Shown: positions 18,568 to 29,300, counted from the stretch's first letter. The stretch: DNA of 64,000 bases from Nitrospirota bacterium (GCA_029858565.1 JAOUEV010000004.1:1-64000), one strand, 5' to 3'. Made by a program: numbers and translations. Notes: a model not told the origin generated them from the sequence alone.

Positions 18568-19790
18568 CGGACCAGAGAGTAGACGCTCAAAACAGCCCAG
18601 AACAGGATGCGGCCTTCCAAGGCGGAATCCTCAGGGCGATTGGTATGATCAATGCGGCGGTGGCGAACGTGGGCCTTTATTCTTCCGACCATCCGCAGGT
18701 GATCAGGTATATCCAGAACGTCTACGAATCCCTCACGGGCCTGCTCGCGGACAGGCCGGAGATTAATCTGCTGATCATCGGCAAAGATATCGTCGTGGAG
18801 AACAGGCCCGTTGTCGCCGGAGGTTCGAGCGGCGCATATCTCGAACACTTCAGCCGAATACTCGGGGAAAAAGGCGTGGAGCGGCTGACGTTCATCGCGG
18901 GAATGCCTGTCGAAGACCTCCAGGCGCTGATCAACGATCTTGCCGCAGGACCGGAGACGCCGGTCAAAACACGGCCTTCGATCAGGATCGGCAAAGTGGA
19001 GGTGCGGGTCAAAGTCGCCGGGAAACCGCGAGGAGGGGAGCCGCAGGCGGCCGGCGAGGTGGATCCTCTTGTTGCGGCAGCTGCAGCGAGCATTCCCGCC
19101 GATCTGCTTGAGGAACTGAATCAGCTGTCGGCAAAGGAGATGGATGAACTGAAGGAGTTGTATAGCCGCATGAAAAACCACAAGAAAATCAGCGTGCGCG
19201 GCATCGAGGATATCGTAAAGAATTTCATCGGATGCTTCCGCCGTGAAATAAACCCCCTCGGGATTCTTGCGTCCATCAAATCGGCCCACGAATATACCTT
19301 TACGCACGTGGCGAACGTCGGCGTCCTGACCATGAGCCAGGCGGAGCGCATGGGATTCACCGGCGAACACCTGCATAATATCGGCGTGGCGTCGCTGCTG
19401 CACGACGTTGGAAAATTGTTTATCCCCGAGGAGATTTTGGGCAAGCCGGGGATGCTCACGCCGGATGAGCGAAAGATCATGGAAACCCATTCGGTCAAGG
19501 GAGCCCGCTACCTTATCGGTCTCGAGGGCATCCCGAAGCTGGCAGTACTTGCCGCGCTGGAGCATCACATCAAGTTCGACGGAACCGGCTATCCGAGCGT
19601 CCGCGGCGGCTGGAAACCGAACATCATAAGCCAGATCATCTCCGTCGCGGATGTATTTGACGCCATGCGGAGTAAACGCGCCTATCAGGAGGCCCATCCG
19701 CTGGAAAAGATCGAGGGGGTGCTGCGAGGAGGCAGCGGAAAAGCTTTTAATCCGTTGTTGGTGAACCACTTCCTGAAGATGATCAAATAG
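18564..19790 (+). CDS. HD-GYP phosphodiesterase
   Basis: YTFTH..NV, LLHDVGK, EHH..FDGTGYP, VADVFDAMRS.RAY. Confidence 0.93.
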   Translation: MTDQRVDAQNSPEQDAAFQGGILRAIGMINAAVANVGLYSSDHPQVIRYIQNVYESLTGLLADRPEINLLIIGKDIVVENRPVVAGGSSGAYLEHFSRILGEKGVERLTFIAGMPVEDLQALINDLAAGPETPVKTRPSIRIGKVEVRVKVAGKPRGGEPQAAGEVDPLVAAAAASIPADLLEELNQLSAKEMDELKELYSRMKNHKKISVRGIEDIVKNFIGCFRREINPLGILASIKSAHEYTFTHVANVGVLTMSQAERMGFTGEHLHNIGVASLLHDVGKLFIPEEILGKPGMLTPDERKIMETHSVKGARYLIGLEGIPKLAVLAALEHHIKFDGTGYPSVRGGWKPNIISQIISVADVFDAMRSKRAYQEAHPLEKIEGVLRGGSGKAFNPLLVNHFLKMIK

Positions 19791-20061
19791 TCGCTCGATG
19801 CTAAGGAACAGCACGTTATCGCGACATTAAATATCGCGCAGGCGGTGACGTTCCGCCCTCCGTCTCGGTAAAGTGGCTATAGCGTTTTGACATGATCACT
19901 TACGATAACCGATTCCTTCCTGCTCTCCCAAGTGTTGCACTTCGCAATCGAACTTGCGATTTTAATAAGTCGTCTGCCTTGACTTGTTTATTGTGAACGT
20001 ACGTTTCCAACGTAACAATCGGCCCTCCATGGCCCATAAGATGAGCCAGCGCGGCCATACC

Positions 20062-20101
20062 GTTGTGTTAATCTGTGGTTTCAACTGCTTTTTTAGGTTA
20101 A
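20062..20101. repeat. Half copy of family C repeat
   Basis: ATCTGTGGTTTCAACTGC is the near reverse complement of GCAGTTGAAACCACAACAGAT at ~47686. Confidence 0.5.
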
Positions 20102-20122
20102 TCCGCATTCGCAAGGCATGAC

Positions 20123-20158
20123 AACCTGCCGGTTCCGAAGACCGGCAGGTTTTTCTTT
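20123..20158 (+). terminator. Intrinsic terminator-like hairpin
   Basis: AACCTGCCGGT-TCCGAAG-ACCGGCAGGTT followed by TTTCTTT. Confidence 0.65.
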
Positions 20159-20302
20159 GTTCCACTCCAAAAAATATTTTACTTTTCCCGCTGATTCCTG
20201 TAAACTCACGTCATTCAGTTCTAGGGGAAACCGATTGAAATAATAGGTTTTCCTCTCCTTCCGCAGCAGTAAAAACAACCGAAGTTTTTCGAGGTCCCAT
20301 AC

Positions 20303-20713
20303 ATGACGGAGCAGCAGAAAAGCCGTCTTGCAGCGACCCTGGCAGGTGTGCTCGGGCTCCTTTCAGTCAAGGAAGGGGGCATGGTCCTGCTCGGCCTCAC
20401 GACCAAGGCCTACACCGTCCTTCCCTGGCTGGTCTGGTACAATGTCCTGCTCGGCATGACGTCCGTGATCGCGGCGATCGGCCTGTGGCAGCAGCGTGCC
20501 TGGGCCGTCCGGGTTGCGGGTGCAACGATCGTGTCGCTCCATGGCGTGGTGCTGCTGCTTCTGGTGGTGCTGTATGCCTTTGGAGTAAACGTGGCAGTCG
20601 CGAGCATCCTGGCGATGCTCATGCGCACGGCGGTCTGGGCGGGGATTTTGTTGCTGACCAGGGAAACGGCTCGGGGAGAAAACGGCGGCGGCGTAACAGG
20701 AAAAGAAGAGTAA
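20303..20713 (+). CDS. Small four-TM membrane protein, unknown function
   Basis: Four hydrophobic segments, GAGG RBS. Confidence 0.75.
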   Translation: MTEQQKSRLAATLAGVLGLLSVKEGGMVLLGLTTKAYTVLPWLVWYNVLLGMTSVIAAIGLWQQRAWAVRVAGATIVSLHGVVLLLLVVLYAFGVNVAVASILAMLMRTAVWAGILLLTRETARGENGGGVTGKEE

Positions 20714-20742
20714 TCTCAGGCGTCCACGGGAGAGGGGATCCT

Positions 20743-20991
20743 ATGCCGATGTTCATCCTGATGCTGATCATTGCCGCGCTCGTGGCGATCTTCTCGGTCC
20801 AGAACGCGGCGCCGGTGACGATCGCCTTCCTTGCCTGGACCTTCCAGGCCTCCCTCGCGATCGTGATCCTGCTCTCCACGGTCATGGGCGTCGTCCTGGC
20901 ATCTGCCGCATTCATGCTGCTGCGCCTGAAGCGCGCCATGCGGGCAAAGGGCGCGGGCAAGGGCGCGGCAGGGGAGAAAAAAGAGTTCTAG
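20743..20991 (+). CDS. LapA/DUF1049-family small membrane protein
   Basis: AIFSVQN..PV.I.FL.W.F..SLA.VIL motif. Confidence 0.85.
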   Translation: MPMFILMLIIAALVAIFSVQNAAPVTIAFLAWTFQASLAIVILLSTVMGVVLASAAFMLLRLKRAMRAKGAGKGAAGEKKEF

Positions 20992-21064
20992 GGCAATGCC
21001 CCGGTCCTACGGGTGCTTCCAGCCAAGAGCGCAAGTTCGCGAGGGGCCGAGGCGCTGCTGCCGT

Positions 21065-21439
21065 ATGCCGCACTATTTTTTTATGAACGCTCTTGTCCTT
21101 GAATTCACCGACGACGTGACGCAGGAAACAGCGCATTTCTACGAAGACCGGAACGACTGGCTGCTGGTGCCCCGGGGCGACTACCTCGGCATGGTCGAGG
21201 CTGCCCGGACCGTGCACGCGGAGTGGACCCTGCGGGAGGGCGCGGAGTTCCTGTGCGAGACCTGCAGGTCGTTCAACATCCCGGCCAAGGCGCTCCACTA
21301 CCTCCTGACCCACATCGCCGACGCAAAGCCCGAGATCGTTGTGGACGGAGACCTGCTGCATGAGATCAACCGCCGGCTGGTCCGGCCCTATCCCATGGGC
21401 GACGAGGACTGCGTGGCTTATAACGAGGGTGATCGATGA
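21065..21439 (+). CDS. Hypothetical protein (start uncertain, 21065 or 21083)
   Basis: Gene-like codon usage, no recognisable motif. Confidence 0.55.
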   Translation: MPHYFFMNALVLEFTDDVTQETAHFYEDRNDWLLVPRGDYLGMVEAARTVHAEWTLREGAEFLCETCRSFNIPAKALHYLLTHIADAKPEIVVDGDLLHEINRRLVRPYPMGDEDCVAYNEGDR

Positions 21440-21774
21440 CCGGGCTCTTGCGCAGACCAGCATCGAGCTTCAAACAGGTGACAGAGTGCTTATCGCTCCC
21501 TTCGCAGATCCCGATGGTAAGGATTATGCAAAGGTCCTGCGGATCATCGAACTGAACGCATGAGACTCAGGACAGTTCATCAATAATTGAAAGATTGCGC
21601 GTCTTGTTCGGTCCGCTTACGCCTACCCTAAAAATCCCCCATCTCTTTACGGTTACCCTTGCCTCGTTATCCTCCGGGCAGGGGCAAAAAACATAAGGAA
21701 TCGTTGTTTCCAGAACGAAACGAACCTAGATGGTCAGGCTGAAATAGGGATTAACATATGCATTAAAACATAAT

Positions 21775-22983
21775 TCAGTGCTTACCACGGTTGTTGGTTT
21801 TGTGGCAGTGGGCTGGTCTTCTACCGAGTGTTTCTGCCGCAACGATGAACATGGCGGCGTTCCAGGACTGGCCTGCCATTCCCAGCGGCTTTCCTGACTT
21901 CCCGTGCAGCCATTCGTTGAACTCCCAGCCGTTCAAGCGGCAGGCTTGTGCGTAGCGTTCCAACTCCTTTCGGGCCACTTCTTTCCTTCCGAGCTTCGCC
22001 AACAACAGCACCCAGAACCCGGCCACATAGGGCCAAATTCCGCCATTGTGGTACTGGTAGGGCATGTTCTGCTTGTGTCGCTCCATGTAGGGTCGCCAGA
22101 AACAACTTTTCCGCTGGATTGGAGAAAGCAGGGTCCGGATGGGCCAGGGTTGGTTCGCACGACGCTTCAGAATGCGGTCGACGATAATCTCCTGCTTTTC
22201 CCTCGTGGGAACGTCGAAGAGACAGGCAAGGATGTTGCCGTACACATCCACATCCTCACCCCAGAATGAAAAGTTCACGAAGCTGAGATAGAAATCCCGT
22301 TGCTCGGCTCCGCATTTCACGTAATCCGTCAGGACCTTCACCCTGCGGTGCTCGTGGCAGGACTTGTCAAAAGGGAAAAAGATATGCCGGAAGAAGTGGC
22401 GGGTTTTCGCGGCGGTCGGGATTCCGTATCGTTTCTTGACGGCGTACCATAGAGCATTGGAGTAAAGCACAAAGCCCGAGCGGGGCATAATGTCGGCCCA
22501 GTCGCTTGCTTCGTTCTGCTGTATGAGGAACATCCCCTGGTGTTCTTGGCAAAAAAGCCACGAAAGGGCTCTGGCGATGTTCGCTTCCAATCTTTTCCTG
22601 AGGCCTGCAGAGGGGATTGCACGGTCAAAGTGGTCCACTGCATAGAGCCACCAGAGCGTGGCGTCGATGCAGCCGGAGTACCAGAAGTCGGACTCCCTGT
22701 TCTCGGGCTTCACATATTTCGGGATCTGGCCGTTCGGTGCCTGGTACCGGGCGAGGGTCAAGAGCCCCTTCTTTGCGTGATCGATGAGTCCCTTGTCACC
22801 TGAAGCGACCATGCCGAGGCAGCAGATTGCGGCATCTCTGCCGAAGATGCTGGCGTAGTTGCGGTCCACGGATTTCCTTGTCCGCGCAGCTGCGATCACG
22901 CCCTGTGCATGGCAGTTACTCTTGAGCAGTGCCAGCGAACGGTCATAACATTCGGTGATGATGTCGGTCTTGTAAGATATCAT
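21775..22983 (-). CDS. Glycoside hydrolase, GH100 invertase-like / amylo-alpha-1,6-glucosidase-like (alpha/alpha)6 fold
   Basis: NYASIFGRDAAI, DATLWW, YHNGGIWPY, EFNEWLHG, QSWNAA; start taken at ATG 22983. Confidence 0.8.
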   Translation of the reverse strand: MISYKTDIITECYDRSLALLKSNCHAQGVIAAARTRKSVDRNYASIFGRDAAICCLGMVASGDKGLIDHAKKGLLTLARYQAPNGQIPKYVKPENRESDFWYSGCIDATLWWLYAVDHFDRAIPSAGLRKRLEANIARALSWLFCQEHQGMFLIQQNEASDWADIMPRSGFVLYSNALWYAVKKRYGIPTAAKTRHFFRHIFFPFDKSCHEHRRVKVLTDYVKCGAEQRDFYLSFVNFSFWGEDVDVYGNILACLFDVPTREKQEIIVDRILKRRANQPWPIRTLLSPIQRKSCFWRPYMERHKQNMPYQYHNGGIWPYVAGFWVLLLAKLGRKEVARKELERYAQACRLNGWEFNEWLHGKSGKPLGMAGQSWNAAMFIVAAETLGRRPAHCHKTNNRGKH

Positions 22984-23280
22984 ATTTACCAAGGGAACGT
23001 ATTGCGCATCCTTGAATGCTGTTAGCATAGCAGGAAACGTTGAATTATGTAAGGAGTTTGATAGAGCCAGGGCTGGCGCTTGAGGCTGATTTCCGAGGGT
23101 GGATTGATCGTGCGGATCGCATCCTGGCCTGGGTCGCGCTTGAGATCCGGTCCAGTATTGGCCGAGGAGAAGTGCGCCTTCATTGTTGACAATTTGCGCA
23201 AAACTGTTTATAATTTGCATACAAATCATTTGAGTGCAAATGTAAGTCTTTTTGTCCGTTAGGACTGATGTGTGTTACGG

Positions 23281-23297
23281 TGGCGCGGAAAAAGCTT
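23281..23297 (+). promoter_or_regulatory. Possible sigma54 -24/-12 promoter upstream of the receiver/glgE operon
   Basis: TGGCGCGGAAAAAGCT has GG-N10-GC spacing but lacks the TT before GC. Confidence 0.3.
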
Positions 23298-23578
23298 GCC
23301 GCTATCACGTTGGGTGACCGGTCGGGACAGACCGAATACGACTTTACTGAGATACGGTATAGATTAAAGCAGTTCATCAGATCGTCCGCTGCATCCGCCT
23401 AAGATTCCACGTGAACCACCATCCGCAGACCTGGTACTGGAACTGCGATATATGCGGAACGCGTGGAGGAGCATTGGATGGACGATTATGACAAAAGAAC
23501 CTCGCCAGGGACCGTCTGGCGACCGAGGGAGCGGTGGCGGCCTGATGCGCATCGAGATCTGGAACAGGAGGAGTTCGC

Positions 23579-23989
23579 ATGAACAACATCCTGTATATAA
23601 ACTGTACCGCAAAACCGCAAGACCGATACGGCAAAGTGCTGCGCGAGGCCGGATACCGCGTCCACAGCGGAACTTGGGCAGAGCTCATGCCCCGCATGCG
23701 CAACGGCACCTTGTCCGCCCAACTGGTACTAGCTGTGTGTAAAATACTAAATGCAGAGACGGGTGAGCGACTGCGGACGTTAACGCGGGCAGCTCGATCG
23801 GTGCCTTGTGTCCTTGTAAGTGAGGGGATGACCGTGGAGTCCTATCTTCGGGCCCAGGCTCTCGGTATTTCCGAGTACCTTTGCGAGCCTGTCGACGATG
23901 ACGAATTGCTGAGGGTTGTGAGCGCATTGATGCAGAGCTTCCAGCAGCGGAAGCAATCCGCCGCCGCTCGATCGGCGGGCTGCTGCTAG
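23579..23989 (+). CDS. Degenerate receiver-like protein
   Basis: AGGAGGAG RBS; receiver pattern (NILYI, YGKVLREAGYRV, VPCVLVS, AQALGISEYLCEPV..DELLRVV) without Asp/Lys catalytic residues. Confidence 0.65.
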   Translation: MNNILYINCTAKPQDRYGKVLREAGYRVHSGTWAELMPRMRNGTLSAQLVLAVCKILNAETGERLRTLTRAARSVPCVLVSEGMTVESYLRAQALGISEYLCEPVDDDELLRVVSALMQSFQQRKQSAAARSAGCC

Positions 23990-24159
23990 GTCAGGACGCA
24001 TGCCCGGCATCGGTCCTGCGAGTCGCGCTTTGTATGGTAAATGTCATTCGGTATCTGATATACTTTTGCGAAAGCGGCTGCATGCGCGCAGCAGAGGGCG
24101 ATGGCCGTCCATTGTCCGTGCATGAAGAGGTTCCCACCGCAAAGAAAGGAACTGCCTGC

Positions 24160-26154
24160 GTGATCGAGGAAGGAAGAAGACGGGTCGTGATCGAGAACGT
24201 GAAGCCCGAGATAGAAGGCGGGACTTTCCCTGCCAAGCGGGTTGTCGGGGAGAAGGTCGAAGTGACCGCTGACATCTTCTCCGATGGCCATGATTCGCTT
24301 TCGGCCCGGATGCTCTATCGCCGGGCAGCAGATCCGTCCTGGACCGCCGTGGCCATGCTGCCGCGGGTGAACGACCGGTGGTGCGCTGAGTTCACGGTTG
24401 CCGAGATGGGTTCCTACGTTTATACCGTGGAAGGATGGGTGGACCATTTCCGGACCTGGCAGCGCGATCTTAAGAAAAAGCACGAGGCCGGGCAGGACCT
24501 GCGCGTGGATCTCATGACAGGCCTGAAGCTCGTGGCGAGAACCGTCGATCGCGCGGTCGACGAAAAAGGCCGGCAGTCGATCTCCTTGCTCAAGGTCCAG
24601 TTCGAAAAGGCGATCGGCAGGAGCGATGCAGAGGCTGTCGCGCTCGCCTTGGGGCAGGAGCTGACGGTCCTGATGGAACGCTATCCGGACCGGAACTATG
24701 CCGTCATGTACGGGAGAGAACTGGAAGTGATCGTGGATCCGCCGAAGGCGCTTTTCAGCACGTGGTACGAATTCTTCCCTCGGTCGGTCCGGCCGGAGAG
24801 GGGAACGCATGGAACCTTCAGGGACTGCGAGAAGTTCCTGCCCTATGTGGCCAGCATGGGTTTCGACGTCATCTATCTTCCTCCAATCCATCCCATCGGC
24901 ACGACGAAGCGAAAGGGGAAGAACAACGCCACGGAGGCTTCACTCGACGATATCGGCAGTCCCTGGGCCATTGGCAGCGCCGAGGGCGGCCACGATGCCG
25001 TGCATCCCGAGCTCGGAACGCCGGAGGACCTCGAGCGCTTTGTCAAGAAGGCCAGGGATCTGGGCATCGATGTTGCTCTCGACCTCGCTCTCCAGTGTTC
25101 ACCGGACCATCCCTATGTGAAGGATCATCCGAATTGGTTCCGGCACAGGCCTGACGGGACCGTTCAGTTCGCCGAGAATCCGCCGAAGAAGTACGAGGAC
25201 ATCTACCCGCTGAACTTCGAGTCCGAGGACTGGCAGGGGCTCTGGCAGGATATCCGGCGGGTGGTGCTGTTCTGGATCGCGAAAGGCGTTCGCATCTTCC
25301 GCGTGGACAATCCCCACACCAAGCCTTTTGTCTTCTGGCAGTGGCTTATCACCGACATAAGGAAAGTGCATCCCGAGGTGTTCTTCCTTGCGGAAGCGTT
25401 CACGCGGCCCAAGATCATGTACCGCCTGGGCAAGGTAGGGTTCGCCCAGTCCTATACGTATTTCACCTGGCGATATACCAAACGGGAGTTCCTGGAGTAT
25501 CTGATAGAGCTGACGCGCAGCGACCTCCGGGACCTCTATCGGCCGAACTTCTGGCCGAACACGCCGGACATCCTTCCCGAGCATCTGCAGTACGGCGGGA
25601 GGCCTGCTTTTATCATGCGTTATCTTCTGGCAGCCACGCTTTCGTCGAATGTCGGTATCTACGGCCCTGCTTTCGAACTCTGTGTGAACGAACCGGTATC
25701 GGGCAAGGAAGAATATCTTCACTCGGAGAAGTACGAAATCAAACATTGGGACCTCGACGACCCGAAGAGTCTGAAAGACGTGATCACGCGGATCAACCGC
25801 ATTCGGCGGGAGAACAAGGCACTCCAGACCACCTGGAACCTAGAGTTCTACGAGACCGACAACGACAACCTGTTCTGCTACGGCAAATCCTCTGAAGACG
25901 GGGAGAATAGCCTGATCATTGCAGTGAATCTCGATCCGTTCCATACCCAGTCAGGCTGGGTGACGATTCCGGTGAAGGAACTGGGGCTTGGTGAGCATCA
26001 GCCATTCCTGGTGCACGACCTGATCGGCGACGACAAGTACATATGGGAAGGGGCTCGGAACTTCCTGGAGATCAATCCTGCGGTGATGCCGGGGAATATC
26101 TTCCGGGTGCGGAAGAAACTGAAACGCGAGACGGATTTTGATTATTTTTTGTGA
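24160..26154 (+). CDS. glgE: Alpha-1,4-glucan:maltose-1-phosphate maltosyltransferase
   Basis: WYEFFPRS, YLPPIHPIG, ENPPKKYEDIYP, FRVDNPHTKP, FLAEAF, NTPDIL; GTG 24160 with AAAGGA RBS. Confidence 0.96.
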   Translation: MIEEGRRRVVIENVKPEIEGGTFPAKRVVGEKVEVTADIFSDGHDSLSARMLYRRAADPSWTAVAMLPRVNDRWCAEFTVAEMGSYVYTVEGWVDHFRTWQRDLKKKHEAGQDLRVDLMTGLKLVARTVDRAVDEKGRQSISLLKVQFEKAIGRSDAEAVALALGQELTVLMERYPDRNYAVMYGRELEVIVDPPKALFSTWYEFFPRSVRPERGTHGTFRDCEKFLPYVASMGFDVIYLPPIHPIGTTKRKGKNNATEASLDDIGSPWAIGSAEGGHDAVHPELGTPEDLERFVKKARDLGIDVALDLALQCSPDHPYVKDHPNWFRHRPDGTVQFAENPPKKYEDIYPLNFESEDWQGLWQDIRRVVLFWIAKGVRIFRVDNPHTKPFVFWQWLITDIRKVHPEVFFLAEAFTRPKIMYRLGKVGFAQSYTYFTWRYTKREFLEYLIELTRSDLRDLYRPNFWPNTPDILPEHLQYGGRPAFIMRYLLAATLSSNVGIYGPAFELCVNEPVSGKEEYLHSEKYEIKHWDLDDPKSLKDVITRINRIRRENKALQTTWNLEFYETDNDNLFCYGKSSEDGENSLIIAVNLDPFHTQSGWVTIPVKELGLGEHQPFLVHDLIGDDKYIWEGARNFLEINPAVMPGNIFRVRKKLKRETDFDYFL

Positions 26155-26175
26155 GAGGAGTGGCAATATTGAAAA

Positions 26176-26297
26176 CTTTGACACGGAAGAATCGGATAAA
26201 GGCTTTGATAAAGCCGGATTAAAGCCGGAAAGTTGTTAAAAAGGCTTTGATTCATCATGCTTTTTCATGGATATTAATCCTCCTTTTCCGTGTAAAG
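26176..26297. repeat. Intergenic inverted-repeat element, family B
   Basis: CTTTGACACGGAA ... TTCCGTGTAAAG with internal AAAGCCGGA repeats. Confidence 0.65.
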
Positions 26298-26307
26298 TTA
26301 AAACTAT

Positions 26308-29300
26308 ATGTTCAAGCGCAAACGCATAGAACTCGAAGACAACCCACTCTGGTATAAGGACGCGGTTATCTACCAGACCCACGTGAAGTCCTTCTGCGAC
26401 AGCAATGCCGACGGCATCGGGGACTTTCCCGGCCTGACGCGGAAGCTTGATTACCTGGAAGGGCTCGGGATCACAGCGATTTGGATCCTGCCGTTCTATC
26501 CCTCGCCGCTCAGGGACGACGGATACGACATCGCCACTTATTTTGCCGTGCATCCGGACTACGGCACCATGGCGGACTTCAAGGCCTTTCTGCGCGAGGC
26601 GCACAAGCGCGGCATCAGAGTGATCATCGAACTGGTGCTGAACCACACGTCGGACCAGCATCCCTGGTTCCAGCAGGCACGCCGCGCGCCGGTAGGGTCG
26701 ATCCAGCGGAATTATTATGTCTGGAACGATTCGCCGGAAAAGTACCAGGAGGCGCGCATCATATTCAAGGACTTCGAGACGTCCAACTGGTCCTGGGATC
26801 CCGTTGCCAAGGCCTACTACTGGCACCGCTTCTATTCCCATCAGCCGGACCTGAATTTCGAGAGCCCTTTTGTGCAGCGAGCGGTGCTGAAGATCATGCA
26901 CAACTGGCTTGACCTTGGCGTTGACGGGCTCCGGCTCGACGCGATACCCTATCTTTACGAGCGGGATGGCACGAACTGCGAGAACCTTCCCGAAACCCAC
27001 GCCTTCCTGCAACACCTGCGAAGTTACATCGACGGTAAGTACAAGAACCGAATGCTCCTGGGCGAGGCGAACCAGTGGCCCGAGGACGCGGCCGCCTATT
27101 TCGGGAACGGCGACGAATGCCACATGGCCTTTCATTTCCCGGTGATGCCGCGCATTTTCATGGCGCTCCAGATGGAAGACCGGTTCCCGATCATCGACAT
27201 TCTGGAACAGACGCCGCGCATTCCCGAGACCTGCCAGTGGGCCATGTTCCTCCGGAACCACGATGAACTGACGCTCGAGATGGTGACCGACGAGGAGCGG
27301 GATTACATGTACCGCGTTTATGCCCGGGACCAACGCACGCGCATCAACCTCGGCATCCGGAGAAGATTGGCGCCGTTGATCGGCAACAGCCGCAGGAAGA
27401 TCGAACTCATGAACATCCTGCTCTTCTCGCTGCCTGGCACACCGGTGATCTACTACGGCGATGAGATCGGCATGGGCGACAACTACTATCTGGGCGACCG
27501 GAACGGAGTGCGGACCCCGATGCAATGGAGCGCGGATCGGAACGCCGGGTTCTCCCAGGCAAATCCCCAGCGGCTCTATCTGCCGGTAATCATCGATCCC
27601 GAGTATCATTACGAGGCTGTGAATGTCGACACCCAGGAGCGGAACACCTCGTCGCTGCTCTGGTGGATGAAGCGGGTGATCGCCATGCGCAAGCGCTACA
27701 AGGCCTTCACGCGCGGCGAGACCGAGTTCGCTGCTTCGGACAACCCCAAGGTGCTGGCTTTTGTCCGGAGTTTTGGCGACGAACGCATTCTTGTGGTGAT
27801 CAACCTGTCGCGCTTCAGCCAGATGGTGGAACTGGACCTTGCCGCGTACAGCGGCCATGTGCCGATCGAGGTCTTCAGCCAGAACCGATTTCCCCTGATC
27901 AAGGATTCTCCCTATGTCCTGACCATGGGCATTCACGATTACTTCTGGTTCGTGCTCCAGAAGGAAACGGTGGCGGCGGGAACGATGGAAGAGCGCCGTC
28001 TGCCGGAACTGGCGGTGAAAGCAAGCTGGACCGCGGTTCTCGAAGGACGGCAGCGGACCCGGCTTGAGGAGGACGCCCTGCCAGCCTACCTCAGGAGCGT
28101 GCGCTGGTTCGGAGGCAAGGCGAGAAACCTGCAGCGCGTCAAGATCATCGATACGATCCCCCTGGACCGGGAGGAGAGCGCTGCGCGGATACTGCTGCTC
28201 GAAACGTTCTATACCGAGGGAGTCAGCGACACCTACCTGCTGCCGCTTGCCTTTGCAGCAGGAGACCGCTCCGCCCAGATCGCCGCGGAGCTGCCGCACG
28301 CTTCCGTGGCGCGGCTGAGCGTGGACGACCAGCCGGGCCTGCTCTATGACGCGGTGTACGATGAATCGTTCCGTGCGAACCTGCTCAAAATGATGGCTGC
28401 AAAGCGCAGGATCCACGGCCGCACGGGCCAAATGGTGATGCTGCCGGGCAGGCGGTTCCGGAGCCTGACCGCCGGGCAGGGCGTCACTGTTTCCTCTCAG
28501 GTGCTGAAGGCGGAACAGAGCAATACCTCGATCCTGTACGAGAACACCCTGATACTGAAGCTCTATCGCAGACTGGACGAAGGACTCAATCCCGATCCCG
28601 AGATCGTGCGCTTCCTGACCGAGCGAGCGGGATTTGAGGGGACTCCGGCATTCGGCGGCAGTATCGAGTTTCTGAAGCGGGGGGCCGAACCAATGGTGAT
28701 GGGACATCTCCAGCAGTTCGTGCCGAACGAAGGAGACGCGTGGACCTACACCCTTGATGCGGTGCACCAGTTCTTCGAACGCGTTCTGTCCGAAGCTGCC
28801 GAGGGCCGGGATATTCCTTCGCTTCCTTCGTCGCTGCTTGACATGAATCCGTCGGCATTGCCGAAAAAGCTGCAGGATCTGATCGGCGGCATCTATCTTG
28901 ACACCGCCTCGGTGCTCGGAAGGCGGACCGGCCAGCTGCACAAGGCCCTGGCGCGGGGGACCGGCGACCCGGCGTTCGAGGCTGAGCCGATTTCCACGCT
29001 CTACCAGCGGTCGGTCTATCAGTCCATGCGCAACCAGACGCGCAGGGTCATGCAACTGCTCCAGAAGAATGCGAAGAAGCTTCCCGAAGACCTTCAGAAG
29101 CGAGCCGCAGCCCTTCTTGGGAATGAGAAGGATATTCTATCGGTGTTCCAAAGCCTGCTGGCGTCGAAGGTAACGGCGGTCAAGACGCGGTTCCACGGCG
29201 ACTTCCATCTCGGCCAGGTGCTGCGCACAGGCAAGGACTTTTACATTATCGACTTCGAGGGAGAACCTGCGAGGGCTCTTTCCGAGCGTCGGTTGAAGCG

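Noticed and set aside
19800-20300. c-di-GMP or other riboswitch after the HD-GYP gene
   Set aside because: Hairpins are present but I could not match conserved riboswitch motifs by eye; an Rfam scan would settle it
22984-23229. N-terminal extension of the hydrolase ORF
   Set aside because: Not domain-like and overlaps an AT-rich probable promoter region
26236-29055. 939-aa antisense ORF, and similar long antisense ORFs at 37864-40074, 42037-43962 and 44008-45849
   Set aside because: Mirror frames of clearly identified GC-rich genes with no motifs of their own
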